64,000 bases of DNA, from positions 32,001-96,000 of the IMG/VR virus record IMGVR_UViG_3300046777_001606. One strand, written 5' to 3'. A program made the position numbers and the translations under genes. The notes below the pieces were generated by a model that was not told where the DNA came from, made no database searches, and saw nothing but the letters and a program-made list of their open reading frames with translations. This stretch comes from a virus. Below, one piece after another: positions 37,801 to 46,246 of this stretch. Within the stretch, counting starts at the first letter, position 1. Every line of letters begins with the position of its first letter.

Positions 37801-37831
37801 AAGAATTTCTTGGACTGAAGCGCAAGCATAA
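34802..37831 (+). CDS. Large virion structural protein (lectin-like core with inserted beta modules)
   Basis: RQTRRYFRYQSGK and YTWYGAG; three 'H-N-L-x-x-G' beta modules; late promoter AATAAATA at 34772-34779. Confidence 0.6.
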   Translation: MAKKALRSYTFTPGIANNTVIVVDGYWPVESFLLITNTTIGAIIYNFADPTLGIVSHQYNSTTNKTQINLEADTSSQGSSHKLQIFVDDWRGSDMLPSESYQDPVSKLRVSTPQAIIDTDFEYSVQPSKWESLSLVRNRPSTYATGSGASAFDVISMSGNGSFPRSFVFVTTTTAHNLIAGDVVVVQDALESNADGTYTVQFIFSSTQFAYQARGFVSSASVFDSGFTTVYAGGAYRGANIQLLNSTTAVQYSGTTITVFTSQPHNLVPGTSIILGNIATNGSNAPNGTWVVDNVPSIDRFSFQVSQGPSGVLSSGVNFQSAILYAISDGYVQHRATDGGVLITPGSIANGAQQIRQTRRYFRYQSGKGIQFSTGAKFTPTFDVSTISASGTTITVTTLQDHNLQVGSVVKIEGVVSSAGDVDSARYNLSLTFVTAVTGPKTFTYSALSAPTDTLPGGTNVFATAVLWSGASVRVGLYDDQNGFFFEYDGNQLYACRRQSIKELFGRIAVSPLSCYVSGTSTRFREQLVVGDHIIIKGQSYQISSIIDDTQLMISPAYRGELFASNVKYLKTVTTRIPQSQWNLDKMNGTGPSGYNIDISKMQMAYIDYTWYGAGFIRFGFRAISGDIIYCHKISNNNINTAAYQRSGNLPARFEAINSVAEPTRVVAGGVATRGSTLFSSDTTMYVENVDNWPTSNGYILVGDATNLELIAYSFIGAYNSTVRGYPLNGLTRRFGFNIAGTTTFGGWSTAAYFIRATQTTVNFSPDTTLGGSGTSQVHARLFYCNCAPVVSHWGVSVIMDGRYDDDKALIFTAGMNRYLSVSAGTQRPLIAIRIAPSVDSGIGRNWSIRELVNRMQLTLESVEVFSQGQFLIEGILNPFFTSGGFANFPSSWTATPVGSGSLAQVYYFDLTGSYSSSAATGTGSIFGGDRIFGFFSENSGGTNFSTSRIDLKNVRDLGNSIISGPGGVGGINIGFPAGPDVLVITARLLEPSGTKNIAARISWTEAQA

Positions 37832-37863
37832 GATTTTATTTAAAAAATTAATTTTGAAATGTT

Positions 37864-38832
37864 ATGAATAATTTTGTAAAAAAATGTTTGGATCATGGTG
37901 GTCAAATTAAACCATTAATAATTCCATCAGAATTAACAAATGGTACGGGATTATTTAATCCATCAGTTTTTGTTGATGGTGAAAAAATATTAGTTAATGT
38001 ACGTCACTGTCAATATACACTTTACCATGCGGAATTAAAAAAATATGAGCACCAATGGGGACCTTTAGTTTATTTGAATCCAGAAAATGATATTAGTTTA
38101 ACAACAACAAATTATGTTTGTGAGATTGATGAATACTTAAATATTACATCATATAAAAAAGTTAATACTTCAGTATTGGATAAAAAGCCACTTTGGGAAT
38201 TTGTTGGATTGGAAGATGCAAGATTGATCAAATGGGACAATAAATTTTATCTTACTGGAGTAAGACGAGATCTTGATACCATAGGAACTGGAAGAATGGA
38301 ATTGAGTGAAATTGAAATCTTGAAAAATGATGTCAATGAAGTTTCAAGATTTCGTATTCCGGCACCGAAAAAAAATGATTCGTACTGTGAAAAAAATTGG
38401 ATGCCAATTATAGATCAACCATATCATTATGTAAAATGGACAAATGGAACTGAAGTTGTAAAAGTTGATCCAAATAGCAAAACATGCGAAACTGTTGTTC
38501 TAAAGAATTTTATTCCTCACAATAAAGACCTCAGAGGAGGTTCTCAAGTTATTCCATACAAAGATGGATATTTAGCTTTGAATCATGAAACAGATTTATA
38601 TAAATCTGAGGCAGGTCGAAAAGATGCTACCTATAGGCATAGATTTACATATTGGAACAAAAATTGGGATATTCAAAAATTTTCAGATGTATTTTCATTT
38701 TTAAATGCAAAAATTGAATTTGCTTGTGGGTTATCAAAATATAAAAATGATTATATAATAACTTTTGGATTTCAGGATAATGCTGCATATATTCTTAGAG
38801 TTCCAGGATCATTTATGGAAAGTTTTGTATGA
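37864..38832 (+). CDS. Five-bladed beta-propeller glycosidase/phosphorylase-like protein (GH130/GH43-like)
   Basis: FNPS, GLEDARL, EKNWMP, LRGGS, IEFACG and ITFGFQD motifs. Confidence 0.6.
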   Translation: MNNFVKKCLDHGGQIKPLIIPSELTNGTGLFNPSVFVDGEKILVNVRHCQYTLYHAELKKYEHQWGPLVYLNPENDISLTTTNYVCEIDEYLNITSYKKVNTSVLDKKPLWEFVGLEDARLIKWDNKFYLTGVRRDLDTIGTGRMELSEIEILKNDVNEVSRFRIPAPKKNDSYCEKNWMPIIDQPYHYVKWTNGTEVVKVDPNSKTCETVVLKNFIPHNKDLRGGSQVIPYKDGYLALNHETDLYKSEAGRKDATYRHRFTYWNKNWDIQKFSDVFSFLNAKIEFACGLSKYKNDYIITFGFQDNAAYILRVPGSFMESFV

Positions 38833-40799
38833 ATAAATTAAAATCTTTACCGTCAGTTTATTATGTCACTTTAGAAGACAGTAAAGAAAGACAAGATATT
38901 TTAAAAGAACAATTTTTTCATTATGGAATAACTCCCAATGCAATTACTTCAAAAAGATATAACGAATCAAATGATATTATTACTGGAAAATATGTTTACC
39001 AATTAACAGATCAAACAAAAGGAAATGCAACATCACACTTAAAAGCTTTATTACATTGGTATGAAAATACTGATGAAGAATATGGATTTTTTTGTGAGGA
39101 TGATTTGAGTTTGGAGACAGTAAAATATTGGAACTTTACTTGGGAAGAATTCATTTTGAGTTTGCCAAGTGATTGGCAAGCAGTTCAACTCACAGTTATT
39201 AGAGATAAATTTGATTGTGTTAGATTTAGAGAAAGATTATGGGATGATTGGGCAGTAACTGCATACATTTTAAAAAGAGATTATGTTCGTTCAGTTATCA
39301 ATAATTATTGTAGAGAAAATTCTTATCATTTAGAATTAAAAAATTGTGATGTTATGCCAATATGCGAGAATTTGCTTTTAAGTAATATATCAAAAGTTTA
39401 TAGTATACCCCTCTTTATAGAAAATACAAATATAAGTTCCACAAATTTGCAAGATATAGAATTGAAAAATGGACAAAAACCTAATCATTATTATTCTGCG
39501 GATTATGTTTTAAATTGGTGGGAAAAAAATGGAAAAATTTACAGTTTAAATATGATTATGGACAATAAGTATCCAGAACTTATCGATTATTGTTTAGATA
39601 GTGAAGATGCAGAAAAAAACTTTAATCTTGCATTGTGGTATGAAAATCAAGGACAAACAGCTTCTGCCATATCTTTTTTTATAAGATCTGCAGAAAGAAC
39701 CGACGATATATTAATGTCATATGAGTGTTTAATAAGAGCATCACTTTGTTTTGATAGACAAGGAAATAGAAATAGTACTGTTCGAGGTTTACTTCAACAT
39801 GCAATTTCTATTTGTCCGGAAAGACCAGAAGCATATTACTTATTGAGTAGATTTGATGAAAGACATCAAATGTATGCTGATTGCTATACGATGTGTAATA
39901 TCGCTCTTTCAACATGCAATTTCAATTGCAGTCCTTTGCTAACAGATGTTGAATATCCAGGAAAATACGGTTTAATCTTTGAAAAGGCTGTGTCCTCGTA
40001 TTGGTGGGGTAAAGGTGAAGAAAGTAGGCAACTATTTCAGATACTAAAAAATGAGTATAAAGAAGAACTTGATGATATTCATTATAATTCTGTACAAACA
40101 AATTTAATGAATCTTGGATGTTGGATTTCAAAAAGTATTAAATATGAAAGATCAAGGTATGACCAATTTAAATTTAAATTTAATGGTCTAGAAAAAATTG
40201 AAAAGAGTAATGGACAAGCTCTTCAAGATATGTTCATTTTAAGTATTTTAAATGGAAAAGAAAATGGATTGTATCTTGAGATAGGAGCTCAAGAACCCTT
40301 TTTCCAAAATAATACTGCAATTTTAGAAACAGATTTTGGTTGGAAAGGAATTTCTATTGAAATTAAAGAAGATCTTTGTAACATGTTTTCTCAACAAAGA
40401 AAAAACAAAATTTTGTGTGCAGATGCAACAACTGTAGATTATTCAAAGTTACTAAAAGAATTTAATAGTGGTACAGTATTTGATTTTCTACAACTAGATT
40501 GCGAACCATCAAAAACAACATTTGAAGTCCTTTTAAATATTCCATTTGATGAATACAAATTTGCAATTATTGCCTATGAACATGATCATTATGTGGACAT
40601 GACAGGAACTTATAGAAATAAATCTAGAAATTATTTGAAGGCAATGGGGTATGAATTAGTTGTTGCAAATGTATCTCAAAACGAAAATACACCTTTTGAA
40701 GATTGGTGGGTTCATCCAGACTTGATAGATAAAGAAACTATTGAAAAATTTAAGTCAATTCAAGAAGTGACTGATGTAAGAAAATATTTCTATTCATAA
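38829..40799 (+). CDS. Fusion: GT25-like glycosyltransferase + TPR + FkbM-like methyltransferase
   Basis: YYVTLEDSKERQ, SHLKAL, CEDD and AYIL (GT25); CPERPEAYYLL (TPR); YLEIGA...NNT, WKGISIE, DFLQLDCE and YEHD (FkbM-like). Confidence 0.7.
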   Translation: MNKLKSLPSVYYVTLEDSKERQDILKEQFFHYGITPNAITSKRYNESNDIITGKYVYQLTDQTKGNATSHLKALLHWYENTDEEYGFFCEDDLSLETVKYWNFTWEEFILSLPSDWQAVQLTVIRDKFDCVRFRERLWDDWAVTAYILKRDYVRSVINNYCRENSYHLELKNCDVMPICENLLLSNISKVYSIPLFIENTNISSTNLQDIELKNGQKPNHYYSADYVLNWWEKNGKIYSLNMIMDNKYPELIDYCLDSEDAEKNFNLALWYENQGQTASAISFFIRSAERTDDILMSYECLIRASLCFDRQGNRNSTVRGLLQHAISICPERPEAYYLLSRFDERHQMYADCYTMCNIALSTCNFNCSPLLTDVEYPGKYGLIFEKAVSSYWWGKGEESRQLFQILKNEYKEELDDIHYNSVQTNLMNLGCWISKSIKYERSRYDQFKFKFNGLEKIEKSNGQALQDMFILSILNGKENGLYLEIGAQEPFFQNNTAILETDFGWKGISIEIKEDLCNMFSQQRKNKILCADATTVDYSKLLKEFNSGTVFDFLQLDCEPSKTTFEVLLNIPFDEYKFAIIAYEHDHYVDMTGTYRNKSRNYLKAMGYELVVANVSQNENTPFEDWWVHPDLIDKETIEKFKSIQEVTDVRKYFYS

Positions 40800-40821
40800 A
40801 TATAAAAAAGTGCGCTTTATA

Positions 40822-42690
40822 ATGCATAAGATTAAATCCCATAAAACAGTTGAACAGATTGCAAAGAAGCATCGTCTTGATGTTTCTTTCATTCAAAAGC
40901 AACTCGATATGGGAGAACCAATTGAACATGAGCACACTCAAGATCATGATTTAGCTAAGGACATTGCTCTGCAGCATTTAGATGAAATTCCCGATTACTA
41001 CACTCGTTTGAAAAAAATGGAAGCGGATGCTAAAAAGCATCATAAGCAATTTAAAGATGTAAAAGAAGAAACAACTTCAGGAGATGATGGTCTTCATGAT
41101 TGGTTTAATAAATCAAAATCATCTGATGGGAAAAAAGGTTGGGTTCAATTGGGTGGCAAATATGCAGGAAAACCATGCGCTCGCCAACCAGGTCAAACTT
41201 CTACTCCCAAATGCGGAAGTTCTAAAATGAAAAAAGCACTTTCGAAAGATGAAGAAGAAGCAGCAAGACGTAGAAAAAATCGCTTAGATCCAAATCAACC
41301 AGAAAAATCTGGTGGCGCTAAACCAACAAATGTAAGAACTGAAGAGATGGACCTACAAGAAGTAAAGGATAAACCAGGAAAGGGTAGCGGCAAAAAAGAT
41401 GCATGTTACCAAAAGGTAAAATCAAGATATGATGTTTGGCCAAGTGCATATGCATCTGGCGCATTAGTTAAGTGCCGTAAAGTTGGTGCGGCAAATTGGG
41501 GAACTAAATCAGAAGCAGTTGAAAATGAAGAGCAAAGATATTGCCCACTATGCGATAAAAGAGAAACAAGATCAGAGTGTTCTTACGGAGAAAAAACTTG
41601 GGATAAAGTTTCGATTAAAGATCATGAATACTCAATGGCTAGGTCCGAATTAAAAAATATTATTGATGCAGCTAAAAGGCTTGAAAAGAAGGTAGGAAAA
41701 GGAGAAGGATCATTGGAAGCTTGGGTACAATCGAAAATTACCAAAGCAGCAGATTATATTGATACTGCAGCAGATTATGTTGCAAGTGGAGAAATGCAGG
41801 AAGCAAAAACACTTGGGTTTGAAATTAGAAAGTCTTCTGGAGCTGGAGCACTTACTCCAGATGCAGCAAAACAATTGGGTCCAAAAGCAGTTGAACTCCA
41901 AAAGAAAAAAGCTGCCGCAGTTGATTTGCCAAAAGTAAGAAAAGAACATACTGGTATTGTTGCAGATATCTTAAAAGAGATTGAAGAAGAAGGACCTTGC
42001 TGGAGAGGTTATAAACAAGTAGGAATGAAGAAAAAGGGTAAAAAGATTGTTCCGAATTGCGTTCCTATGAGAGAAGAAAATAAAAATATCTGTTCATATT
42101 GTGGATGCGATCCATGCGAATGCGAAAAAATTAATGAATCTGTTCGTTTACCTGCTATGAATGGAAATATTATTGAAATAATTCTTTCTTGGAGAGGAAA
42201 AACTTATATTTCAAAAATGTTTTTCCCCCAAACAAAAGTTCCGAATAGAAGAGAAATTACTGACGAGATCGTAAAAGTTTATCCAGATGCTAAAGTTCTG
42301 GCATTTAAAGTTTCAGATTTGCAGCCAGGTCAACCATTGATTCAAGCAGGATTGCAAGGAGGAAGTGCTGCTACTCCCGGTCCATCTAAAAAATATGTAA
42401 AACCCTATGGAGAACAACTAGAATTCAATGAAGACTGGCAAAAAGTTAATCGCCAAGATAAAACTGATGGATTAAGTCCTGCTGCAGTAAAAGCATATCG
42501 TCAAGAAAATCCAGGATCTAAGTTACAAACTGCAGTAACAGAAAAGAAACCAACTGGAAAAAGAGCAAAACGTCGTGCCTCATTTTGTCGCCGTATGAAA
42601 GGCATGAAATCCAAATTAACTTCAGCAGAAACTGCTAGAGATCCCGATTCAAGAATCAACAAAGCACTTCGTCGTTGGAACTGTAACTAA
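40822..42690 (+). CDS. Basic, Cys-containing multi-module protein; probable internal head polyprotein
   Basis: ATG at 40822 follows CATAAATA (40795-40802). Modules EHEH..ALQHLDEIPDYY, KKDACY..WPSAYASG, PCWRGY..VPNCVP and RRASFCRRM..RRWNC are separated by xxE/EE linkers. Confidence 0.6.
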   Translation: MHKIKSHKTVEQIAKKHRLDVSFIQKQLDMGEPIEHEHTQDHDLAKDIALQHLDEIPDYYTRLKKMEADAKKHHKQFKDVKEETTSGDDGLHDWFNKSKSSDGKKGWVQLGGKYAGKPCARQPGQTSTPKCGSSKMKKALSKDEEEAARRRKNRLDPNQPEKSGGAKPTNVRTEEMDLQEVKDKPGKGSGKKDACYQKVKSRYDVWPSAYASGALVKCRKVGAANWGTKSEAVENEEQRYCPLCDKRETRSECSYGEKTWDKVSIKDHEYSMARSELKNIIDAAKRLEKKVGKGEGSLEAWVQSKITKAADYIDTAADYVASGEMQEAKTLGFEIRKSSGAGALTPDAAKQLGPKAVELQKKKAAAVDLPKVRKEHTGIVADILKEIEEEGPCWRGYKQVGMKKKGKKIVPNCVPMREENKNICSYCGCDPCECEKINESVRLPAMNGNIIEIILSWRGKTYISKMFFPQTKVPNRREITDEIVKVYPDAKVLAFKVSDLQPGQPLIQAGLQGGSAATPGPSKKYVKPYGEQLEFNEDWQKVNRQDKTDGLSPAAVKAYRQENPGSKLQTAVTEKKPTGKRAKRRASFCRRMKGMKSKLTSAETARDPDSRINKALRRWNCN

Positions 42691-42691
42691 A

Positions 42692-43006
42692 ATGAAATCC
42701 TTTCAACAATTCATGTCCGAGTCAGTTAATATTTCTGGCGACTTTAATGGAAATCTTTATATAAATTCTCCTCAAGAACCACAGCAAGTTGGCGAAGAAT
42801 ATGTTGCTGATGTAATGTGGAATGGGAGTCTTTATAGACTAGAATTAGTAACAAAGTCTGGAATTCCTACAAAAAAAGATTTGGGAGAACAATTGCAATC
42901 AGATTATCCTGGTGCAGTAGTACACCAGATTTATCCAGTTACAGAAAAAAATTTTAATATCAAAAACGCACAAAGATATCACCCATCAAAATTAGATTGG
43001 ATTTAA
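42692..43006 (+). CDS. Probable internal head protein with capsid-targeting-like N-terminus
   Basis: MKSFQQFMSE resembles the T4 internal-protein capsid-targeting sequence MKTYQEFIAE. Confidence 0.55.
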   Translation: MKSFQQFMSESVNISGDFNGNLYINSPQEPQQVGEEYVADVMWNGSLYRLELVTKSGIPTKKDLGEQLQSDYPGAVVHQIYPVTEKNFNIKNAQRYHPSKLDWI

Positions 43007-43009
43007 TAT

Positions 43010-44284
43010 ATGGCTATTTGGAATAAGAATACACAAGACTTTCTAGATCAAGAAAGATCTTTATTTGAGGTTTATAATATTGCAGATCACTGGGGAAACC
43101 AGACAGATTGGAGACCTCAATTTTCTAATAACAACAGATTAAAAGTTGCTCCGTTCCAAACAGTTTTCTTTAATACCTTTCAGTATGGTAAAGAAACTGA
43201 TGTTTGGGATGAGAGAATCGTTGGAGTTGGAACTGCAACTCATAATGTTTCTGCTAGTAATGTAATCATGCAAGTTGGTTCTACTATGGGTAGTAAAGTC
43301 ATCAGGCAAACCAAGAATGTGATGAGATACATTCCTGGTAGACCAGCAACTCTTGCATTCGCAATTCGTCTTGATACTCCACAGGTAGGTATTCGTAGAA
43401 GATTTGGATTGTTTGATGATTATAATGGCGCATACTTTGAGGATAATGGTGGAACATATTCATATGTAATTCGCACTACTACATCTGGTATCACTACAGA
43501 AATAGCAGTAGGTAGAGATAATTGGAATGGTGAAAAGTTTGATGGTAATGGTTGGACTGGTATAACCGCAGACCCAACAAAACAACAGATGATTTCTATT
43601 GCTTATGAGTGGTATGGTGCAGGAACTGTAGATTTTGCTTGGTTAATGGCAGGCGAAACTGTTAAGAGTCATACCTTTTATAACTCAAACATTAATGATA
43701 AGGTTTGGTGTTCTACTCCATTCCTTCCTATTCGTCTTGAAATTGAGAACATAGTTGGTGTTGCAGGAACTCATTATCTTTATCAGGGTTCCAATTCTCT
43801 TATTCAGGAAGGAGAACCAGAAAAACTTGGAACTCTTTTGAGTATTGCAAATCCCATCACGGGAACAACGATGTCATTGGCAAATACATTCTATCCAATT
43901 GTAAGTATTCGTTTGAAGAGTACTAATTTAACTGGTGTGATGCTTTTGAGATCATTGCAGGCAGCAACGAATGATAATACTAATGTTTATTGGAAACTTA
44001 TTCAGAATGCAACAAATACAGGCGGAACTTGGGTAGATCATCCAGATCCAAACTCTTTTATGCAATATAATATTACTGAAACTGCAACGACTGGTGGAAC
44101 TACTTTGTTAAATGGATTTATTGTTGGTGGTGGTGCAGCATTGATTAATATTGATGATAAAGCAGCCCTTCAGTTAGGTAGAAGTGGTATTGGAACAATT
44201 AGTGATACTTATACTCTCGCTTGTGCATCTCCTAATGTTAATAAAGCAGCACTTGCAGTATTGAACTGGATTGAACAAAGGTAA
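43010..44284 (+). CDS. Virion structural protein, paralog of the core of 34802-37831
   Basis: IRQTKNVMRYIPGR, RFGLFDDYNGAYFE, YEWYGAG and the LNWIEQR end. Confidence 0.6.
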   Translation: MAIWNKNTQDFLDQERSLFEVYNIADHWGNQTDWRPQFSNNNRLKVAPFQTVFFNTFQYGKETDVWDERIVGVGTATHNVSASNVIMQVGSTMGSKVIRQTKNVMRYIPGRPATLAFAIRLDTPQVGIRRRFGLFDDYNGAYFEDNGGTYSYVIRTTTSGITTEIAVGRDNWNGEKFDGNGWTGITADPTKQQMISIAYEWYGAGTVDFAWLMAGETVKSHTFYNSNINDKVWCSTPFLPIRLEIENIVGVAGTHYLYQGSNSLIQEGEPEKLGTLLSIANPITGTTMSLANTFYPIVSIRLKSTNLTGVMLLRSLQAATNDNTNVYWKLIQNATNTGGTWVDHPDPNSFMQYNITETATTGGTTLLNGFIVGGGAALINIDDKAALQLGRSGIGTISDTYTLACASPNVNKAALAVLNWIEQR

Positions 44285-44290
44285 TTTTTT

Positions 44291-45934
44291 ATGAGTGATG
44301 TATATCTTGGTAATCCCCTATTAAAAAAAGCAAATACACCAATTGAATTTACACAAGAGCAAATTATTGAATTTGTAAAATGTAAAGACGATCCTGTTTA
44401 TTTCGCAAACAATTACGTAAAGATTGTTACTCTTGATCATGGACTGCAGACGTTCAAACCATATCATTTCCAAGAAAAATTAATTAATAATTTTCATAAA
44501 CATAGATTTAATATTTGTAAAATGCCTCGGCAGACTGGTAAGTCTACTACTGTGGTTTCTTTTCTATTACACTATGCCGTTTTTAATGATAATGTAAATA
44601 TTGGTATTCTTGCAAACAAGGCAGCTACCGCAAGAGAACTTTTAGATAGATTGCAAACTGCTTATGAAAATTTACCAAAATGGATGCAACAAGGTATCAT
44701 ATCATGGAATAAAGGTTCTTTAGAGTTAGAAAATGGATCAAAGATTCTGGCTGCTTCTACATCTGCAAGTGCTGTCCGAGGCATGTCGTTCAATATCCTC
44801 TTCTTGGACGAATTCGCTTTCGTTCCAAACCATATCGCAGATTCCTTCTTTGCATCTGTTTATCCTACTATTACTTCTGGTAAACAAACAAAAGTAATTA
44901 TAGTTTCTACCCCACACGGTATGAATCATTTTTACCGCATGTGGCATGATGCGGAAAAGGGTAAAAATGAGTACATTTACACTGATGTTCATTGGTCTGA
45001 AGTTCCAGGTAGAGATGAAGAATGGAAAAAACAAACCATTGCAAACACATCAGATCAACAATTTAAAGTTGAATTTGAATGCGAATTTTTAGGATCCGTT
45101 GATACTCTTATTGCTCCAAGTAAACTTAGAAACCTTGTATATGACCACCCTAAGACACGTAGCGGCGGTTTAGATGTTTATTTGGATGTTGAGGAAGAAC
45201 ATGACTATATCATCACTGTAGACGTTGCTAGAGGTGTTGGGAATGACTATTCTGCATTTGTAGTCACTGATATTACACAGTTTCCCCATAAAGTAGTAGC
45301 AAAATATAGGAACAATGAAATTAAACCTATGCTGTTTCCAAGCATAATTCACGAAGTTGCAAAAAATTATAATAATGCGTATGTTCTTTGTGAAGTCAAT
45401 GATGTTGGAGATCAGGTAGCAAGTATTCTTCAGTATGACTTAGAATATCAAAATTTACTCATGTGTTCTATGAGGGGTAGAGCTGGACAAATTGTTGGAC
45501 AGGGTTTTTCTGGTAAGAAAACTCAATTGGGAGTTAAGATGTCCAAAACGGTTAAAAAAGTTGGATGCCTTAATTTAAAAACTATGATTGAAGAGGATAA
45601 ACTACTCTTCAGTGATTATGAAATAATGAGTGAACTTACTACATTTATTCAAAAACACAATTCATTTGAAGCTGAAGAGGGATGTAACGATGACTTAGCA
45701 ATGTGTTTGGTAATTTATGCTTGGTTAGTTGCTCAAGATTATTTTAAAGAACTAACAGATCAAGACGTAAGAAAAAAATTATATGAGGAGCAAAAAAATC
45801 AAATTGAACAAGATATGTCTCCCTTTGGATTTATTGTAGATGGAACAGAATCTGGAAGTTTTGTGGATATTGATGGAGACAGATGGTTTACTGATGAATA
45901 TGGGGATATGTCATATATGTGGGAATATAATTAA
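44291..45934 (+). CDS. gp17: Terminase large subunit gp17
   Basis: YLGNPLLKK, PRQTGKST (Walker A), FLDEFAF (Walker B), VSTPHG, VDVARG and NDDLAM. Confidence 0.97.
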   Translation: MSDVYLGNPLLKKANTPIEFTQEQIIEFVKCKDDPVYFANNYVKIVTLDHGLQTFKPYHFQEKLINNFHKHRFNICKMPRQTGKSTTVVSFLLHYAVFNDNVNIGILANKAATARELLDRLQTAYENLPKWMQQGIISWNKGSLELENGSKILAASTSASAVRGMSFNILFLDEFAFVPNHIADSFFASVYPTITSGKQTKVIIVSTPHGMNHFYRMWHDAEKGKNEYIYTDVHWSEVPGRDEEWKKQTIANTSDQQFKVEFECEFLGSVDTLIAPSKLRNLVYDHPKTRSGGLDVYLDVEEEHDYIITVDVARGVGNDYSAFVVTDITQFPHKVVAKYRNNEIKPMLFPSIIHEVAKNYNNAYVLCEVNDVGDQVASILQYDLEYQNLLMCSMRGRAGQIVGQGFSGKKTQLGVKMSKTVKKVGCLNLKTMIEEDKLLFSDYEIMSELTTFIQKHNSFEAEEGCNDDLAMCLVIYAWLVAQDYFKELTDQDVRKKLYEEQKNQIEQDMSPFGFIVDGTESGSFVDIDGDRWFTDEYGDMSYMWEYN

Positions 45935-46164
45935 TGGAATTAGATAAGCAATTAAAATTAGGACACTTATTACTTACCGATAGAAAATGTAGGACATGTG
46001 GTAAAACAAAAAATTTGATAGATGGTTTCTATAGAACAAGAAAAGATAAAGGACCAGTTGCTTCTTCATATTCATATGAATGTAAAGATTGCACTATAAA
46101 ACGTATAGTTATTAGTAAAATACAAAGTAATATTTTTGATAGATGGGAATATCCCGACTGGTAA
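45934..46164 (+). CDS. Small CxxC...CxxC zinc-finger protein
   Basis: RKCRTCG...FY...YECKDC; no nuclease domain follows. Confidence 0.65.
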   Translation: MELDKQLKLGHLLLTDRKCRTCGKTKNLIDGFYRTRKDKGPVASSYSYECKDCTIKRIVISKIQSNIFDRWEYPDW

Positions 46165-46246
46165 ATAATTCACGTCACATTTCCCCCTTGTAAAGTAACT
46201 TTTTAATAAATATTTTTTAGATAAACTGAGACTTCAGGAGAAAAAC

